Assembly (NCBI GenBank): GCA_947649575.1
Contig: CANSRZ010000002.1
Location: 4,049 to 68,048 of the forward strand
Origin: an uncultured Clostridia bacterium
Lineage (GTDB): Bacteria; Bacillota; Clostridia; Christensenellales; UBA1242
Direction: 5' to 3'
DNA: 64,000 bases
Positions 1 to 15,000 of this stretch are shown in pieces. The position numbers were made by a program, and so were the translations under genes. Below the pieces are notes generated by a model, which saw only the letters and a program-made list of their open reading frames with translations, was not told the DNA's origin and did not search any database. Each line of letters starts with the position of its first letter. The first letter of the stretch is position 1.

Positions 1-3000
1 GAATTGTTGATGCCATCGCTTCCAACAATTTTCTTTGTGATTTCTGCATTTTCAACATTAACTGTAAGAGTGCTTTCTTTTGGAACAGCAGTGATTGTCA
101 ATGTTGCATTGCTTGCAAGAAGTGAAAGATTAATTGAAGATTTTGTCACATCAAGCACACCAGTGTTTGGTGATAATTCTGCTTTGAATGAATATCCTGC
201 TTTAACAGAAACATTAAGAATCAATTCATCAACAGAATATTTAAGATCTTTTGTATAGTTGTTTGTAAGAGTAGTAAGTTCTGTAATTCCGTCAGCAATT
301 GAAGTAAAGCCAGCTTTATTTTCAATCACAACAGTTACAGTTGCGCTTCCGTTTGTAAAGATTGCATACAATGGAAGAGTGTAAACTCCGTCAATCAAGC
401 TTGCAGGAGTTGTAAGCAAAGTTGTCTTATCATAAGCATTTCCAAGACCACTTTGAGCGTCGTTCCAAGTTTGAACTTGACCAGGTTTTATTGCAACTGG
501 AAGTTCGCGACCGCCAAGGCCTGTAGATAAAGCCTCGCCAAACACAACTTCAATAGAATCATGATTTGTTCCGTCAGCCCAAGTTCCACCATTTTCATTA
601 AATGTAACAGTTATTGTTATTCCTGTCCATTTTGCTGTAAATGTGATTTCTTCATCGTCCTCAGGAGCAGTAAAGATATCTTTAATTGTGCTTGTATTTG
701 TAAGGTTATATTCACCGCCTAAGCTTGAAGTCCAGCCAGAAAGTGTATAAGTTCCGTCAGTAACTTTAAGCTCTGGAAGAAGTTCTGCAATTGACTTGTT
801 AAGGTCTTCTGCAGTATAGTCATAAACCTCTTTAACTTTGTTCCATGGGTTTGCTGTAAGTTCAGCATGTTCATGGTTGCCCTCAGCGATATTGATTGTA
901 ACTTTTATCACTTGAATATCAAGTTCAACAGTTACGTTTGCACTAACATTGCTAAGAGTAAATGAACCGCCACTTCTCTTTCCAGCATTGGCAACAGAGA
1001 TTGTTGCATTAGCTTTTGTTGAATCAGAGAGTTTTGCATTAACAAACTTGTATCCAACATTTGCGGTAACATTAACAGTTACGCTTGAATAGTAAGGCAC
1101 TGTTAAAGCACCATCAACAAATTCAAGTCCATCAGTTGTGATTTCAAAGCCAGCGTTTTCATAGTCAGAAAGTGTGATTGTAACATTGTTTCTTTCCCAG
1201 TTAACGCCAATCTTGTATTCTTTTTTGTCTTTCTTAGCTTGGAATGCAGAATCAAGAACGTTACCAAAGTTTGTAGCAGTGATTGCAGTTCTATCATCCA
1301 AACTTACTGACCAAGATTTTGCAGTATATCCAACGCGAGTTGGCAACTTGAATGAGTTAAGAGTTGTTTGAGCATCTCCGTTGAATGGATAGCTGATATC
1401 AAAACGAGTTCTTTCAATTGTGATATCTTTCTCGCCGTCAACGAAAGGTGTTTCTGGAGTATAATCAACAACAAGAGTTACTGTTGTTTGATTGATAATT
1501 CCTTGTGGATGAGCAATGATTAGATAATTGTCAGCATCGTCACCAGTTAGTTTTGCAGTAATTGCTGATGGATTGCCGCCATTATAATCAGCGCTATCAA
1601 AAGTTCCATTTACAGAAACTTTATCGCCAGTTTCAATGTTTGCGTCAATTCCCCAGTTAATATTATCAGGAAGAGTAACTTCGCCGTCATATTCTTTTTC
1701 AATGCCTTGAACGCCACTAAGGTCAATCTCTTTCTTAGTGATTGTGATTGCGAATTCAACAGCCTTGTCAGCATTTACATAGTTAGAAGAAGATAATGTA
1801 ACAACAAGAGTTTGAGTTCCTGCTTTAAGATGATTTGCATTTGAATAAATGCTTCCTGTTTCAGGTTGTTTCCAAGCAATGCTTGTTACAGTGATATAAC
1901 CTAAGCTGATTGCATCAGAAGTTTCGCCAATCTTGGCAACAACTTGACCAAGAATGTCTGTGATGTCTGAAGCAGTCATATCAGATTTGAAAGTTGCATA
2001 TGGGAATGATTTAATCGCTCCGATTTCAACTTCAACAGGTGCGTTGCTCTTTTCAATTTCCACAACTGCGCTATCTGCAAGAACAAGTTTATAGTTGCCT
2101 GCTTTAGCACCAGTGAGTTCAAGAGTAACAGTTTTGTTTGTGCCTGCATATTCATCGTTGAAAGTACCAGAAATAACTACATCTGCTTCATCTGCTGTGA
2201 TTATTCCATTAGCAGAGATTTGAGTATAAGTTTCTGTATTGTTTTCAGATGAAACATCAGCTGTTCTATCGAAGAATTTCTTTACAGAAGTAACTGTGAT
2301 AGTTTTTTGAGTTACATTGAAATAAACTTTTGCATTGTTCAAGAACTGAACAACCCCATAACTTGCATTTGCGCCAATTTCAATTGTGATTTCATATCCG
2401 TCAGCCTTAACTGAAGCATTGTTCTCTGCAATTGCGAAAGAAATTCCGCTAAGAGCATTAAGGATTGCTCCGTCTTCTATTTCAGTGATTGCCTCGCTGT
2501 CTGGGTCATAAGTATAAAGCTTGATATCGCTTGTTGCAATAGGTGTTTTTGCAACGTCACTTGCATTGTAAGCAAAGATTGATTTGCCGTCTGTTGCAAT
2601 TTCAAGTTTAACATTTTCTCCATCATAAACTTTTGTGAGGTTGCCTTTATTTACAACTTCAATTCTAAGTTCGCCAGAGAATTGTCTGATTTCATACTTA
2701 GCGTCAGATTCGAGTGTAAGAATATAGTTTGCGCTATATCCGCTTGCAATAGCAAAGCCTTTCTCTTGACCATAGAAGCCAACTGCATTATCCTCTGTTG
2801 CAGGACGAACGAATGAAACTTCAATAGTTTCGCTTGTGCCTTGTGTTGCAAATTCAAAAGTGAAGTTTGCTTTAAGGTCATCGTTTGTCTTAGGATGTCC
2901 AACATATTCCCAAATGCCTTTGTTTGAAAGGTCAGCTGCGGAAATTGAACGTGTAGCTTGATTAACTGTTACAGCAAAGCTTGCTGAATCAGTTTCATAA

Positions 3001-6000
3001 TAGCTTCCATTTACATTAAATGAAATTGTGTAATTTCCTGCGTCCTTGATTTCAGTAACAGCTTCGCTATCTTTTTCAATTATGAAATAGAAGTTTGCTG
3101 TTGAATCAAGATGTTCGCCAACAATAACTTGTTTGCCATCAACTGTTGCATAAACATTTGAAGCAAAGTTTTTGTTTGAATAATCAAAAGTTTGAGCTTC
3201 TGCTGTCATAGAAAGTTTTGTTGCAACTACAACAACTGTAAAGGCAACTTTTTCTGATGAAACAGCTTCATAGCCATCTCTTTCAGCAACAACTTGAATT
3301 GAATAAGTGTTGCTTCCAACTTTTCCGTCAACAGTAATAAGTCCATCACTGTCAGGAACAATTTCTGTTTCGCCATTGAACCATTTATAAGAATAAGTGA
3401 TTCCAGCGTCAGAGTTTGCAATTGTTGGAGCAAGTTGTTCGCTTGCAACTTTAACCCCGTTAGGGTCAGCAGAAGCGTTAACTGTTGAATTTGTCAATGT
3501 AAGAACTGGTTTAGCAAGGTTCCAAAGAGCAGTAATGCGAGTTGGTTGTATATTTGAAATTCCTGCAAGAGCAACAACATAATATTCATCGCCTCTCTTT
3601 TCAACTTTAACTTGGCTGTTACTGAGAGTTGTTCTCCACTCTTTAAAGTCATAACCTTTCCAAGTTGGAACTTCAACTTTCACACCAGTAGTTGTATCAG
3701 TAATGTCAAAGTAATACCATTCACCATTATCGCTGCCATCTCCGATATATGCTTTTACAGCTTTGAGAGTTGTAAGAACAACGCTCTTGTCAGCATTTTC
3801 TGCTGTAAAGCTATGAGCATATGATTGTGCACCAGTAAGTCCACGGAGAGCTTCATAAAGTTTGCTTTCGTCCTCAGCGTCAGTTTTTGCAAACCAGCCA
3901 ATAACTTTATTGTCCCCATAACCACTTACGGCAACATTGAATGAAACTGTATAATCCTTATTTACAATGATTGTAACTTTACCTGATCTGTTTGCACTGA
4001 TTGTAAATACAACAGTATCTCCGTCATGGTGGTTATAGAAATTGTAAATTGCTGGGATTGTGATTGTGTCTTCGCCAACAACAACGCTTGAAATTGTGAG
4101 AATTGCGTTAACATCCCCTGTTCCAAACTTTGTGATGTCGATGTTTGTTGTATAAGCATCTGCCTTAGAAATAATTGTATATTTGCTTCCATCAAATATC
4201 AAATTATCAAGATCAAAGTTTGCTTTTACATCAACTCCGCCAAGAGTGATTGAATTAAAGTCAACATCAAAGTCAGTTTTCTCACCTAATGTTGCATCTT
4301 TTGTTGTAACAACTGCAGAAATTTCAAGAGCATCAAAGTTTCCTGTAATTGCAGAAGTGATTACAACTTTTCTTGGTTGATGAACAGCTCCTGTTTCAAA
4401 ACCTGAACCAGAAACAACAACGTGAAGTTTAGTTTTTACAACTTCAGCTGAGCCAGCCACTTCAAAGTAATAGCCACTATCATCATGCTTAATATTAGCA
4501 TAGTTTGCCACCACTTCTTCGCTTGCACCGCTAAGATAAATCTTAACGCCATAGCCAGTACCTACATTGTTAATTGCAGCGAATTTGATTTCTTTAACAG
4601 CAAGTTCATCAATGTTTGTTTTGCCTGTTGCGTAAACAAGTTTGCCAGAAACGGCGTCCTCAGTTGCAACATAAGCATCTGTGTTTGTGTAATAGCCTTT
4701 AAATGTAAAGCCATCTGCTTCAACATTGTTTTGGCTGATTTTGATTGTTGTATCTGTTGTGTAAATTGTATATTCTTTATTAGTCAAAGCGTCAACAATA
4801 ACAACAACATAAGCATATATTGCGTTGCTGTCAGCAACATTTTTCAAGCTAAGCACTTTGCCATTGTTGCCAGTTACAGGTGTATAAGTTTTTGCTTCAC
4901 CCTCGCCATTAACAATTGCCCAGTATTCAGCCTTGATTGTATCTTTGTTTGCAAATTGTGTTCCACTAACAACTGCGCCGTTTTCGCTGATTGAAGCAGT
5001 TGCAACGTCTTGTTTTAAGCCGTTGTAAGTTCTATCAGTTGTTGTTGCGCTTGCAGTATAATAACCCGCATTCAAAGTCCAAACAGCTTTCACATGAGTG
5101 TCGCCAGCTGTTGTATAAGCCGCATCAGTATAAGTTGCAACACCTGAATCATCAAATGTTACAAATACTATGCTTTCATCGTTTGCATCTACAAACTTAG
5201 CAAGTGTATAACCAGTTCTTGCGATAACAACATCAGCAAGACCAGAAGTAGAATATTTTGCATCAAATTTAATTTCTTTCTCGTTTGCGCCAGTGATAGT
5301 TTCAATGCCACTTACAGCATCAACAATAAATTTATAAGTGATTGCCTCTTCAGTAAGTGTGATTGTGATATTTGCATTAACGCCAGTGATAGTAAACTCG
5401 TTGCCATTTCTGCCACTAATTGTTGCATTTGCACTATTGTCTAACTCTGCATTAAGAAGTCTATAACCATCAGCAAACTGAGCGATAACTTTGATTGTAT
5501 CAAGCACGGTAACCTCAACGCCAGCATCAGTAATAGCTGTGCCATTTACAAGAACGCTTGTAAAATGAGTACCGTCTTTAACAATGTTCAATTTATAAGG
5601 ATTTGCATTCCATTCAGCAACAAATGTTATTGCAGCCCCTGCATTATAATAGAAGTCAGTGAGTACATCTCCAGCTTTTACAATTCTTTCACTATCCCCT
5701 GAAACATATTTCCAAGCGCCAGTTTTTCCTGGGTTGTTGAATGTAGGAAGTGTAGGAAGTGTTCCACCATAAGGAACTTTGATTGTTGTATCTCCAGTAA
5801 TTGTTCCCTCGTCAGTTGTGAATGTGATTGTGTATTCAACAGCTGTCCAAGTTGCTTGAAGTTTAAGTGTAACGTCACTTGTTGGATCTGCAAAGATGTC
5901 TGCAATTGTTTTTGTTCCAAGTGTAGCAAATTCAGCATCACCAACAGCATATTTATAGCCTGCAAAGGTGTAAGTGCCTGCTATGATTGTTGAGTCGATG

Positions 6001-9000
6001 ATTACGCTTGAAACTTGACTTGTTCTGATTGTGTTATAAACATATGGAGAATTTATCGCAGGAAGAGAAATATCCGCGTCAGTTACATAATTAGGTGTAT
6101 TTTTATCAACTGTGATGGTAACCTTGATTGTATCCATTTTAATTGCGATTGAGCCAGCAGATTGCACATTTGTGATTGTGAATTCTGCAGTCTTATTTCC
6201 TGCAACAGGAGTAGAAATTCCTCCGTTTACAAAATCTTCAGAAGCAGTATATGCTTTAAATTTATATCCAGTTTTGCCAGTTACAGAGATTGTAACAGTG
6301 TCATAGAATTTAACTGTATAAACATTTGCATTGCCTGTGATTGTGTTTTCGCCAACTTTAACAACAACATCAGCATTGCCATCAGTTGTGATTGTAAGAG
6401 CCACATCAGCCTCAGTCCAGCTTGCTGTGAATGTGATTGTTGTATCAGCAGTCACATCGTCAAGAAGTGACCAAAGTGAAGCGGTGCTGTTGTAAGCTAT
6501 GCTTTCAATGTTTGCATTGTCACCTGCAACTGCAAAGTCGCCTTGAACATAAGAATTCAATGGATTTGGAGTAAGAGCAGGCAATATAGAATTCAATGCG
6601 TCTTGTGCTTGAGTATAAGTAAAGCTTTCTTGAACTTTAACTCCCCATGCACTGTCAATATCTGCATGAGCAGGTTTATTCTTATCAACAACAACAGTTA
6701 CATTAATTTCTGCCATTGTGATTCCTAAAGTTCCTGAAACTCTAAGCTTCTCAAGAATAATAGTAGCATTCTTTGTGTTTCTGCCAGTTATGTTTGCCTC
6801 TGGAACTGTAAAGCCAGTAACGCTTTGAAGTTTATAGCCCTCTGCACCAGTTACTTTAACAGTAACAGTTGAGAAGTAGTTAAACTTCCAAGTTGTATCA
6901 TTTGCTTTAACAACGCTGTCACCTGTTACTTCAACAGTAGCATTTGTTGGATTAATAACAAGTTCAATAGTGTTGATTGTCCAGTTTGCATTAAGAGTGA
7001 GATTGTCTGACGCCTCTCTCTTAGCTTTAACTGCGTCTGCAAGAAGTGAAGCAATGTTATCTTCTGTAAGTACAACATTGTTATACTTCCAGCCTTTTTG
7101 AGTATAGCCAGTTCTTGTAGTTGAAACATTGTTAATTTGAGTTAACAAACCATCAACGCTTCCTCTGTAAATTACTTTAAAGGTGTCATTTGTTGGATTT
7201 GTTTCATCGTCATCAACAAAGTTAAAGCTATAATCAGAATTGAAAGTAAGTTCAGTATCAACAATATTGCCTGATACATCGCCGATTAATTCATAGTTGT
7301 CTTTATCGTCACCTGCAAGCGCCATTCCAGTGATAGCAGTTGCCTTGTCAAGACCTGTCCATTCAGCAGAAGCAAAACTTGCTTTGCTTGCGTCAATTGA
7401 AACATCGTCTGTTGCCAAAGCACCATTCATGTTCCATGTAATGTTTGATGGAAGAGAAGTTGTTCCATCATATTCTTTAGAAATTTCAGTTTTTGAAATA
7501 TCAATGTTTTTCTTTGTAATGGTCAAAGTAAATGTTTTGCCATTAACATCAGTATAGCAAGTTGAAGTCATTGTAACAGAAACTGTGTAAGTGCCAAATT
7601 TAAGTTTTTCAGCAGTTGAAAGATTTGCATTTACATCAGCAATTGTAAGCGCTCCAACAGAGATGTAGTTTGCGCCTGTTTCATGCCCAGCAACAGAAAC
7701 TGTAAGTTCAGCAAGCGCCTCTGTAATTGAAGAGCCTAAGTCGCCATAAACAAAGCTATCCTTTCCAACAGTGACTGAAACTGCGTTGCCTGATTTAGAA
7801 ATTGATACGCTTGCGCCAGTTGTAACAATATTATAGTTTGCTGCATTAGCGCCAGTTTTCTCAATAGTTTTGATAGTTCTATCTCCTGCCTCTTCACTAT
7901 CAAAAGTACCAGAAATTGTAACAGCATCGCCTGCTACAATGCCAGTTGATGTGATGTTAGCAAGATTGAATGTATCAGTTGTGTCAAAGTCTTTTGTGAT
8001 TTCTGTAACGACAATATCTTTTGCAGTTACTTTAAGTGAAGCATTATCACTTGCAGTTACCTTAGAGTCAGCAGTTGTACAGAATGCAAGACCTGTGTAA
8101 GTTGAATTTGTGCCAATTGCTTTAACTGTGTAAGAGCCAACATTTGTTGCGCGTGCTGTGTTTGCACCATCTTCATCAAAGATTTGGAAAGTGAAATCAG
8201 CAAGAGCATTTTCGATATCTTTTGTAACTTTTGTGTAAACAGCGCCTACAAGATAGTACATGTTTACAACTTTAACTGTTTGGCTGTTTTCGCCAAGAGT
8301 GAGTGTGATTGTCCATTCGTCATCAGCGTAAACAGGCTTGCCTATGCTAACAGAATTAGCCTGACCTGCATAAACAAGAGAAAGTTCTTCATTAAGTTCA
8401 ATATAAAGTTTTGAAGTTGTCTTTCCAATAACAAAGTTAAGACCAGTTGCAGTGATTGTGTAGTTGTCCTCAGGTGTAATTGTAACTCCGCCAACTGTAT
8501 GAGCATTTTCATACTCTGCAGAAGTCAAAGTCAAAGGATAACTATCAACTGCTTCACCCTCTTCCCTTGTGAAAGTGAACTCAATGTTTTCGTTAGTCAC
8601 GCCAGCAAAGATTGTTTTTGTAATTGACAAAGGATCTTTATCTTCTTCACCAAAAGTTTTGCTAAGCACGTCTACATCAGTTTGTGCAAGAGTCAACGCT
8701 TTCTTTGTCACAACAATTTCAAAGCTTGCATTTGTTGGAATGTTATAAACGTCAGTGTCTGTAACATTCAAAGTAATTGTATAAATTCCAGCATTATAAA
8801 TTGAAGTTGTTGGAACAGCATTTGCACTTTCATCTTTCTTATAGCTGATTGAGAAGTTGAACTTTTTGTCAGTTAAAGAATTGTTGAATGCATTTGAAAT
8901 TGTTTCAATTGCAGTTTCGCCAACATTTTCAAATATAGAAATTGAAATATCATTAACTTTAGATTTTAAATCGCTTCCTGCAAATTCATAACTTGTTTGA

Positions 9001-12000
9001 GCGTTTTCAGGTCTAGAAGCTGTGATTGTCAATTTGTTAACAACAAGTTCAAACTCGATGTTGCTTGAAGTGTTTGTATTGCCTGTAACATAGCTGTCAG
9101 AGCCAGTATAAGTTGCTGTGATAACAACGTAATATTGTCCAGCACTTAAATTGTTAAATGTGTGTCTATCACCTGTTGAACTGTTGTTTGTTGTAAGTTC
9201 AACACCCTCGCTTGTAAACCAAGCATAAGTGTATGACATGTTCTCTGAAGAGCGATTGTCAATAGCAGTGTAAAGTTCGCTTACGTTTACAGGGATTGAG
9301 CCTGCTTCATTTGCAAACTTAGTGATTGTTGTTTTGATTCCAGAAACAACTGGCTTAGCAACCGTCCAAGTTGCATTGATAGTTGCAGCAGCAAGGTCTG
9401 CACTGTCAGCAACTGTAAAGGTTGTGTTATCTCCACTAACAACAGCAGTCACGCCTGTTGGAAGATTTGTCCAACCTGCAAAATCAAAGCCTGTTCTAAC
9501 TGGATTTGCTCTGTCAGCAAGAGAAGTTCCTTTTGAAACAAGGATTGTGCTTGTTGAGCCAGTCACAGTTGAAAGTTTGATAGGTTTAACATTTGTGTAA
9601 ACAAGTGAAATGTTTGAAGTTCCTGCATAAGGATTTGCTGTATCAGAAGTTAAGTTAGCCTCATCAGTCAAGCCATTGTTTACAGCAAGAGAAACTTCAG
9701 AAGAAATTGTTTCAGGCTCAAAAGCAGAGAAGAATCCTGCGAATTTATAGCCATCAGCACCTGCACTAGCTTTTGCAGTGAGTGCAACTGTATAGTTATA
9801 AGTCACTTCATCCATAACTTGAGATTTCAAAACAATAACTTTTAAGTTATAAGTGCCATATCCGCTGATTGTGAGGATAGCATTGCCATGATGACGATAT
9901 GTGTAAATGCCATTTCCAGCAGTTGCCCATTCAATGTCAGTAAGTTCAGTTCCGTTAGCACTGATTGAAAGTGAGCCAAGAGTGATTGATGCTGTATCAT
10001 TAGCTTTTGCATTCAACACGTTATCAAGAGCGTAAACATCTCTAGCATTGAATTGGAAGATATTTGCATTACTTTCATTAGCGTCAACGATATCATATTC
10101 ACCAGCAAATGTCACATCAAAATATGCTGTAACATCATTGCCACCTTTTGTGATTGTGTAATCGCCAGCCCATCCAAAAGTTTTATCCCCTGTTGGAAGA
10201 TATTTGCCAAACGCACCACTGCTTGTTTCAAGAGTTCCTTGAATTTCAAAAGCATAATCCTCGTTGCCAAAGATTGAGTAAACGCTTGCGTCTGCTGTGT
10301 TATAGTTTGGATATTGTTTGATTGAGTCAGCAACATAAAGTCCATTGCCATAAGCAGTAACTGTAATTGGTGTTTTAACAATTGCTACTGCGCCAGTAAC
10401 CAAATATTCATAATAAGTAACGCCATTGTCAACAACTGATGTAATATTTGTAAAGTTGTCTGCAATTTCGTCGCTTAATTCAAAGCGATAAACTGCTGCA
10501 TATGTATTGCCAACAATAAAGCCTGAGCTTGCACTATCAACAAGTCTGTTGATTGTTATGTTGCCAAGTCCAGCGACAGCTGAACCTGCTTTTGTTCCGC
10601 CAACATAATTGATTTGTCCAAGAGTTACAACTCCATCTTCGTTTGGCACGCCATAGAAAGTTTCTGTGCCTGAATAGTAAGAAGAAATTGCAGGTCTTGT
10701 TGCAGTCACTGTATTTTTAGTGATTGCTGCTTTTGTTGTATCAATTGTGATTGTATAATTTTCGTTTGTAAACAAATCTTTGATTGTTACTGTGAATGTG
10801 TGAGGAATATAAGTTTCAACGTCATCAACCATTCTGTAAGATTGAGCATAGTTTGTAAGATTGAGGTTTAAGCCGTCGCCTGCTTCATTCCAAGCATAAC
10901 TTACAATTCTTTCACCGCTTGCAAATACAAAGTTAGCTACAGCCACATCTTCGTTATTTTTTGTGCTAATAACTGCTTTTGCAACAGTTTGAGCGTCGCC
11001 ATTATATATCAAAGATTGTTCATTGATAAGTTCAACACCAATGTGTTTATCACTATCTGTTGCGTTAACTTCATAAACAGCATTAAGAATAACATTATCA
11101 GCAAGGTTAAAGAAGTTGTTATTAGTTTTCCAAGTTGTTCCGTCAAATTCAGCAAAAGTTACGCTTTGAGAATTCACACTTCCCACCAAAGCTTTAAGCG
11201 TGTAGCCAAGTCTTGTAAGGCTAACTTGAAGTTCATTAAGTCTTGCGCCAACATCAGCTTTGTAGTTGATTGTAAATGTATAACTTGGGTTGTGAGTTAC
11301 AAGATTATGTTCCTCATTCAACGCCTTTAAAGTTTCATAATATTTGCCGTCAACATTGTGAAGATCAATTGTAACATTATATACATTAGGAACAATTTGA
11401 CCAGCTTCTTCAGTGATGCTTAATACAAATTCGCTAGAACCTGTTTCAGCACTTGCAAAATAGTAATCGCTAGAAAGCAAGCTTTCAATGTTTTCAGCAG
11501 TGATTGTTAAAGGAATCCATACATCATTGCCGTCTGTGATTGCAACATCGCCCTCAGTTTGTGGACGAGAATTTTGTTTTGTTCCACTTACAAGAGTAAA
11601 ACCATTTGCATGATATCCAACTGGGATAAGCACTGACGCTTTATTTGTAACGCTTGTAAGGTCACCTCTAACTGTTGCGAACGTTGCTTCATTTCTAACG
11701 CTTGAAGCTTTAAGCCAGATAGTATCTCCAACTTTAACAGTGATACTGCCGTCAACTTTGTTGTTTTCACTATCAAGTCCTGTCCAAGTTGCAGTCATAG
11801 CTCTTTCTGTCCAAGTAGGAGTAAATGTAATTTCTCCATTCATATCACTATCAGCATATAAAGTAACAGCATGTCCATCTATATTATATATAGGCTCTTG
11901 AGCAAGTTCACCCCAGATTGCAACAAGTTCTGCTGCAGTGAATGTGCTTCCGTTAGTTTTTCTAGCCACATTTGTGTTTGTAGTTTCCCAGCCAGTCCAA

Positions 12001-15000
12001 GTATAAGCAATCTTCCAGAAATCTCTTTGAGTAAAGCTAAATACTCTTTCTGTGTCAGGATAATTGAATGTTACAACTTCAGTTAAGTTTTCTTCTGCTG
12101 AAGAATAACTGTTGTCTGCAAGTTTACGTCTAACTAAGGCGTCGCCTGTGCCATCAAAAGTAACAGCTACAGTCTTTGCTTGTATCTTTGCAAAAACATT
12201 GATTGTGGTTGTGCCTTTGTCTATCAATGCCTCAACAGCACTTAAACTGTCAGATTCGCTTGCAAAAATATTTCCAACGGCATATTTATTGCCGTCAATT
12301 TGGCTAATAACTGTGTCGCCTTGCAAATACCAGTTCAAGAAATAGTATCCGCTGATAATGTTAACGCCTTGAACATCATTTTCAAGAGTAAGTTTACCAG
12401 AAGCGATATCGAGTTTTGCCTTTAATGAAGTGATAACAGCGCCACCCTCTGTGATAGGCATAAGTGCATGTTCAAGTGTATTTGTTCCATCAAAGCCACT
12501 CATTGGAGTGCTTGCATCTTCTGTGAATTTAAGTGTAATATCTTTTGTTGTGAAATTAACTCTTACATATTGTTCAGTAGTTGCTGGTCCAAATTCAGTA
12601 GCAGCAATTTGTGCAGTTACTGTAAACACGCCATTTTCAAAAGTTTGGTTTGTTAAATAAGTTGTATCCAATGCTTTTTTAACTTGTTGGCCATTTTCCA
12701 TTACAATATAATAAGTTTCAACAGTGACAGTATTATTGAAATAAGCTTTATAAGCCTCTGTCAAAGTTGCAGAAATTGCATGAGAAGTCAAAGCATATGT
12801 AGGCTTTGCTTCTGTTGAAGTGATTTTCATAGTTTGAGATTGGAAGTAAAGTGCATAGATTTCTGTTGCATTTTTGCCAGATTCTGCTGCATATTCTTCA
12901 ATAGTTTTTCCGTCAATAGTATATTCAACATTGATTGTATATTCAATAGGTTTGATATAGAAAGTTACGCCATATTGTCCGCCAAGTTCAAGAGGAGTCT
13001 TAGGACTTTCTTCACTTGGAACATATCCACTGTTCCAAACGACAATTTGACCTGCATCAGTATCAAAATAGAAACTAAGAACTTCATCGTTTGCAGCAAC
13101 AAGAGTAATTACTCCTGCACCATTTCTGTCATTAAGTTCATAGAATGGATTTGTGTTGTCATAGCCAAGTCTAAAACCAAAAACTTGATTGTCCTGTCCT
13201 GGAATTGTTTGCATCCCAACACTTGCGCTTAAATTGTTACTTTCAGTAGTTCCGCTTTTGTTAGTTCCATTAAACACATACATAATCAAGTCATTTGCGC
13301 TTGTTGCGCCAGCTGGTTTTACAGAATATTCTGGAGCATTAACTTGAACTTTGATAGTCAATGTTGATGCTGAGAAATTGATATATTTGCCAGCCCCTGC
13401 GCCTGCATTTTCATGAGTAAATCCAAGTTCAGTTGCAGTTGCAACAACATGATTTGCATACCAATATTCCATAAGACCAAGTTGACCATCCTCAGCGCCT
13501 GCATCTTTACCAACATAGGCAATGCCACTGATAGCATTTGAAGATGGATTCATCATAAAGTATTTATCAGTTGCAGAAGCGTCTAAAGTTAAAACAAAGT
13601 TTTCGCCAGTTCTTGTGTAAAGTACGCTGTTTTCATTGCCAGTTGCATCAGTTGTTTTGCTTCCAACTGCAGTAAATGCTGGTTTGTGTCCAGCAAGAGA
13701 AAGCTCACCAGCAACATTTTTAAGTTCGATTGCAACTTCTTCACGGCAAGCAACAAGATAGAAGTTTGCACCTGCAACCATGTTTTTGATTGTGATTGTA
13801 TAAGTTCCGTTCTCAGCCTTAACAATCTCTGCGTTAACAGGAGTGTAAGGGTCGTTCAAATTCTGAGTTGTTGGGGATGTATATTCCAAGCCCTTTCCAG
13901 TGTAAGCAATAATTGCATTTACACCACCGCGTGAATTTGGAGCATAACCTTGCTCATTTGCATCAGTTAAGTTTGCATTTTCATAATATTCAGCTGCCCC
14001 ATAAGTTGTTGCACCAGTTGTATCAGCTGTTCTGATTGCAAAAGTGTCAAGTGTATAGCCATAAGCAAGTGAAAAAGTAATAGTTACATCAGCGTTTGGA
14101 GTGTGGTTAATATAAGCGTTAGTATTTGTTTCCATCACATCTCCATCACTATAAGCATCTGCACCAGATACTGTGATATCGCCGAAAGGCTCACTAGAAG
14201 CAAAATCTTCTCCAGCCATTCTTGTTCTTGAAATTTGGAAAGAGTGTTTTGCGCCAATAGTCCAATTTGTGTAAATGGTATGAGCTGGAGCATCATCAGT
14301 ATAACCTGCCACAGCATCCCCTATATATATAGTTGTAGATTGGTCAAGTTTATCGCCAGTGAAAGCGCTGTTTCCATAAACGCCCTCCAAGACATAACCA
14401 ATTCTAAGAGGATTGATAGCATTTACTTTCAAGCCATCAACCATTGTTCCGTCAGTCAATGCTTCTTTAAAAGTTGCATCATAAGGAACCTCATATGTAG
14501 TAATTCTTTTATTAGCCTCAACGCCATAGCCATAATCAATAGTTACATCAATATTTGTTTTTTCAAAGTTTGCAGTCGCACGAAGTCCATTTGTAAGCCA
14601 GTCAGACATTGCGCCCCAATCTTGCAATTTGTAACCTTTTCTTATTACATAAGCTCGAGGATCAACATTGTTGTTAATTGCAATATTTCTTAAAACAGGA
14701 ACGCCAGTTGCACTACCGAAAATTGAACTGCTTATTCTACCTAAAGTTGGAGAATCTGTCAAATCACTTGTATAAAGGAATAGGTGATTAAGTTTCACAT
14801 CAGTTTGGCCAGCAAGAGTCTTATAAAGTTCTGCATAAGCACTGCCAGTATCAAAACCAACAGCATAACCTTGAGTTAAATCTGCCTTTGAACCACTGGC
14901 ACTTGTTGACTCTCCAATGGTAAGTCTATTTGCATCAATAGCTTCTTTTGTTGTATATTTTTTGACATCGCCAGTGCCACCTGCGCGCATGTCATTACCA

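Noticed and set aside
4485-4994. The 169-aa plus-strand ORF, and the similar ones at 12834-13232, 14235-14693 and 15423-15875. These are Cys/Phe/Ile/Asn-rich ORFs inside the giant gene.
   Set aside because: They are antisense to a strongly supported coding frame and have a composition typical of reverse-strand artefacts of AT-rich coding DNA. They have no SD sequences.
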